Assembly: GCA_964016885.1 (NCBI GenBank)
Contig: OZ024740.1
Coordinates: forward strand, 41,850,001 to 41,914,000
Direction: 5' to 3'
Source of the DNA: Eledone cirrhosa
Taxonomy: Eukaryota
Length of the DNA stretch: 64,000 nt
Under the pieces are notes generated by a model that did no database searches, was not told where the DNA came from, and saw nothing but the letters and a program-made list of their open reading frames with translations. A program made the position numbers and the translations under genes. Position 1 is the first letter of the stretch, and the number at the start of each line of letters is the position of its first letter. Below are positions 59,945 to 64,000 of the stretch, in pieces.

Positions 59945-62900
59945 GATACCTTCGTAAATAGCCAAAACGGTGCATAATGGAAAAATAGCCCTGTAAGTGA
60001 TATAACCCTGAAATTGGGATAAAACAAGTTTGATGTAAATCGACATAACCTATTTTCATCATTCGAGAAATATTTTTAATAATTATTAAAAAAAGATTTT
60101 TCAGTGATTTCTCAGTGAATATGATTTCAAAACTACAAGTTGTTTGTACTTCAAGTATCTATATTTGAGCTTTCTTTAAACAGACGATATTTTAATTATC
60201 AGAATAGCATTAAGTGAATATCACTGAAAAATACCAGTTGGTGTTAAACAGTAGGTGTTTATATTTTTACTTTTGTTAAAAAGAATATTCAATTATTTAG
60301 AAATATTTTAAAGTGAATTTGATTTCACAAATAGCTTTATTTACATAGACAATATCTTCATTTTTTAAAAATTATTTTCAAGTGAATACGATTTTCGATT
60401 CTTAAATAATGCCTCGATGAGGAAGAAACAAAACATCTAGTTGGTCTATCGATAGTGGAAAGAAAGCACGGCTAAGGAGAGCCGAAGAAGGTGAGCAAGA
60501 TAGTGGTCAACGCCAACAAGATCGGGACAGGCATGCGAATAGAAGGATCGATGAGACTGATAAAGCAAGGGCTGCGCGTCTGGCGGAACAGAGGGAAAGA
60601 GACAGAAGCAGGAGAGATCATGACAAGCGAATCATACTCTCTTCCACATTTGTCGGTGGACCGAGATACATGATGGAGCGATGCCAGGATGCCATGATGT
60701 ACATATGGAAGTACGGCAATCCTTCGTTCTTCATCACAATGACATGCAATCCAAACTGGCCTGAAATCCGACAAAACCTATTCCTGAATCAGAAGCCACA
60801 TGACAGGCCAGATTTAATTGCCAGAGTATTTGACCTGAAGCGGAAACTGTTAAGAAAATATCTTACTGGAGTAGATGGTCTACTTGGCAAGTGCATAGAT
60901 TACGTGCTGACAGTCGAATATCAAAAGCGAGGTCTTCCTCATGTGCACTGTTTGCTATAGCTCAATGAAGCCTCCAAGCCCAGACCGCAGGAATATGATA
61001 AATTTGTTCAAGCCGAAATACCAGATCCAAACAAAGATCCAGAGGGTCATGAATTGGTGCTGAAGCACATGATCCACGGTCCGAATTACTCTAACAATTC
61101 GCCGTGTTGGAAAGATGGAACGTGCAGTAAGCGGTACCCTTAGCATTTCAATGAATATACATTGTGTGAAGAGGACTGTTATCCTGTGTACAGAAGACGG
61201 TCTACAGGAATAGGAGGATTTGAGGGACACCAAGAAGGAAGGGGAAGCCGAAATATAACTTCGGAATGGGTGGTTCCCTACAATATGAAACTATTAAAAC
61301 TGTTCAACTGCCACCTAAACGTAGAGATGTGCTCTTCCGTGAAATCGATCAAATACGTTATCAAATATACCATGAAGGGCAGTGATCAGGTAATGTTTGG
61401 AGTGAACAGGGAAGATGAGATAATTCAGTATTTAACAGGAAGATATATCGGTCCTTCAGAAGCTGTTGCCTTGGTACTTGGATTTCCAATTCATGAGAGA
61501 GAACCGGCCGTAGTTCGCCTTCAAGTTCATCTACCTGAGGGAAATCAAATCTTCTTTCGGGTCAATGCTGCTGTTAAAGTAAACAATAACATGGCTAAGA
61601 CGACTCTCACTGAGTTCATGGATCTTTGCGATCGCGATCCGTTTGCAAAACATTGTATTATGCCGATGTCCCAAAGTTTTACTCTTGGAGTAATAAGAGA
61701 TGGGAAAGGAGAAAGGTGGGGAAAACAGTTGACCAGTATCCAGAGATTTTTGAGGCGAACGTTTTGGGACGAGTATACACTGTTTCTCCACGAAGTGGTG
61801 ACCTGTATTATTTAAGACTCCTTCTGCATCACGTCAAAGGGCCAGTATCCTTCAACTCTTTGAAAATGTGTGATGGAGAACTCCTGTCATTATTCAAAGA
61901 CGTCTGCAGAGAGAAAGGTTTGCTTCAAGCGGATGATCATTGGCAGCCTCTGGAAGATGCTGAGCGAACAAGGCTTCCCAAAGCCATGAGAGATCTATTC
62001 ATCGTGCTCCTCACAAATACGGAAATTGACAATTCCAGTGCTTTATGGGTTCGATTTAAGCATTCGCTATCTGAGGATTACCTTCAAATAGAAAAAAGGG
62101 CTACCAGAAACTCTAACCTTTTGATTAGCGAGAGACATTATGATCAATGTCTTCTGTATTTTGAAGACAAACTTAACGACCTGGGCAAAAGTTTTAGTGA
62201 CTTTAACTTGCCAAGGCCAAATAATATTGTTGCTAATCAGGATAGTGGCAATTTGGAGTTATTGCATGAATTGCAATACAGCAGAGAAGAGCAGCGACGA
62301 TTTGTAGAAAAGACGGAGCCTCTATTGAATAGTGAACAAAAACACGTGTACGACTTCGTTTGTAACAGTTTAGAGACGAACACATCTGCATTGATTTTCA
62401 TTGACGCTCCAGGTGGAACAGGAAAGACATCCCTGATTAACTTAATTCTTTCAAAAGTCAGGGGAAACGGTGACGTGGCTATTGCTGTTGCGTCATCTGG
62501 CATTGCCGCAACACTGATGCCTGGTAGAAGAATAGCGCATTCTAGGTTCAAAATACCGATAGTAGTGAAAGAAAATGGTCTGTGAAACGTTGATAAAAAC
62601 TCAAAGACTGCAAACCTCTTCCAGCATACAAGGCTGATTGTTTGGGATGAGTGTCCTTTGATTCGGAGGAAAAGCTTCGAAATTGTTGATTCACTCTGCG
62701 TGACATATGCGACAACAATGAGGCATTCGGTGGAATTTTGACAATTTGCTGTGGCGATTTCCGTCAGCTTCTTCCGGTAGTGAAAAGGGAAAATGAAGTC
62801 GACGTGGAAAACGCCTGCATTAAAAAATCCTACTTATGGCGAAGCTTCAAAAGATTTCAGTTGAAGACAAACATGAGATTGGGTAGGGGAGCAGGAGACT

Positions 62901-64000
62901 ATTCACAGTTCCTATTGGATATTGGAGAAGATAAGATAAAAAAAACTGAAAATGAGGAAATTATTTTGCCAAAAGAAATGGAAGAATGTATTGATTTCAT
63001 CTACCCCTCATTCGACAATCCAGCTGAAGTGTTTTCGAACAATTGCATCTTAGTACCTCTCAATGAAATGATGAGAAGCATCAAATCCACCTGTATAAGA
63101 TGCTTCTATGGAACCATAAAAGAGTACCGATCCTATAATTCTATGAGTGATGGTGCCAATGGCACTCATTTCCCGACTGAATTCCTTGATTCGGTTGAAC
63201 TATTAGGACTGCCACTACATAACCTGGAATTGAAAAAAGGATCGCCAATAATTCTTATGAGAAACCTGAATCCTCCAAGGCTTTGTAATGGAACGCGCAT
63301 GATCGTGGAAGAACTGCACGACAATCTCATAGTAGCAAGAATCAACACCGCTGCTTTCAGAAATGAGATCGTTATGATACCTAGAATAAGAATTAATCTA
63401 TCCGAAGGTGAGGATATCCCTTTGCAGCGAAGCCAATTCACAGTTCAATCGTGCTTCGCTATGACTATTCATAAAGCACAAGGACAAACTATGGAAAACG
63501 TCTTGGTTTATCTGGAACGACTTGTATTCCAACACGATCAACTGTATGTAGCCCTTAGCCGCGGAAAACGAAAAGAAAATGTCAGAGTGTTTCTGAAGGA
63601 TACCCAGTCAACTAAGAATGTTGTTATCAAAAGCATTCTTTTGAACAAACTGTAACAGCGTAAATATGAGAAAATGTTGATTCCGATGTCAGAAAATGAA
63701 AGGAAAAGGAAAAACTAAGACAAGTAAGAATAATTTCTTTCAAATTTTTGTCAATAAAACCAGCTTTTCATTAACATTGCAACTTTTTAAGCAGAAAAAT
63801 CTTTCAGAACAAACAGTCAAGCATCCATAGAGATATAGAAAAAAGAATTTTGAAGTGGAGTGATTGGATAGCTATTAGTGAAAAATGATTTGATATTTTA
63901 TTTGTGAAAATACTTGTGAATAATACAGTGAAAAGACAAGTTTCGCGTAAATCGGACCACGGGATCCCGAGATACGCAGGTTTTTTCGGGTACCTTTATA
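59343..64000 (+). mobile_element. Helitron (decayed autonomous element)
   Basis: 5' A|TCTATATACTACTAAAA at 59343; RepHel remnants; 3' hairpin CCCGAGA..TTTTCGGG near the window end. A terminal CTRR is not seen within the window. Confidence 0.85.
60409..63655 (+). pseudogene. Helitron RepHel (HUH Rep plus PIF1-family helicase) with stops and frameshifts
   Basis: RIILSSTFVGGPRYM, FITMTCNPNW, DRPDLIARVF, VEYQKRGLPHVH, KYVIKY, DAPGGTGKT, GIAATL, WDE, GDFRQLLPV, LCNGTR, FAMTIHKAQGQT, QLYVALSR. Confidence 0.95.

Noticed and set aside
60491-60673. Separate small ORF upstream of the Helitron Rep
   Set aside because: It is an alternative frame. The RepHel N-terminus reads in the frame of 60409/60670.

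Overview
A transposon-saturated, AT-rich animal genomic segment. It is most likely from an octopod cephalopod, judged from abundant OK/OR-type tRNA-SINEs (inference). No host protein-coding gene can be supported. Contents: (i) at least four families of R4/Dong-clade RLE non-LTR retrotransposons, all decayed; (ii) two Tx1/L1-clade families, one nearly intact with an uninterrupted 1145-aa APE-RT ORF2; (iii) an RTE/BovB-type LINE plus eight copies of a ~610-bp bipartite non-autonomous RTE derivative; (iv) a CRE-clade 3' fragment; (v) several Penelope-like remnants carrying hammerhead-ribozyme motifs and long inverted repeats; (vi) a decayed, unusually compact Helitron RepHel and a probable non-autonomous Helitron; (vii) many SINEs, microsatellites and a 40/38-bp minisatellite. 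The most notable pattern is microsatellite partitioning. Each retroelement family sits in its own simple repeat ((TAA)n, (CATA)n/(TATG)n, (CTAT)n or (TA)n), and the tails of one family appear to serve as landing pads for another. All calls come from visual motif recognition, without database searches.
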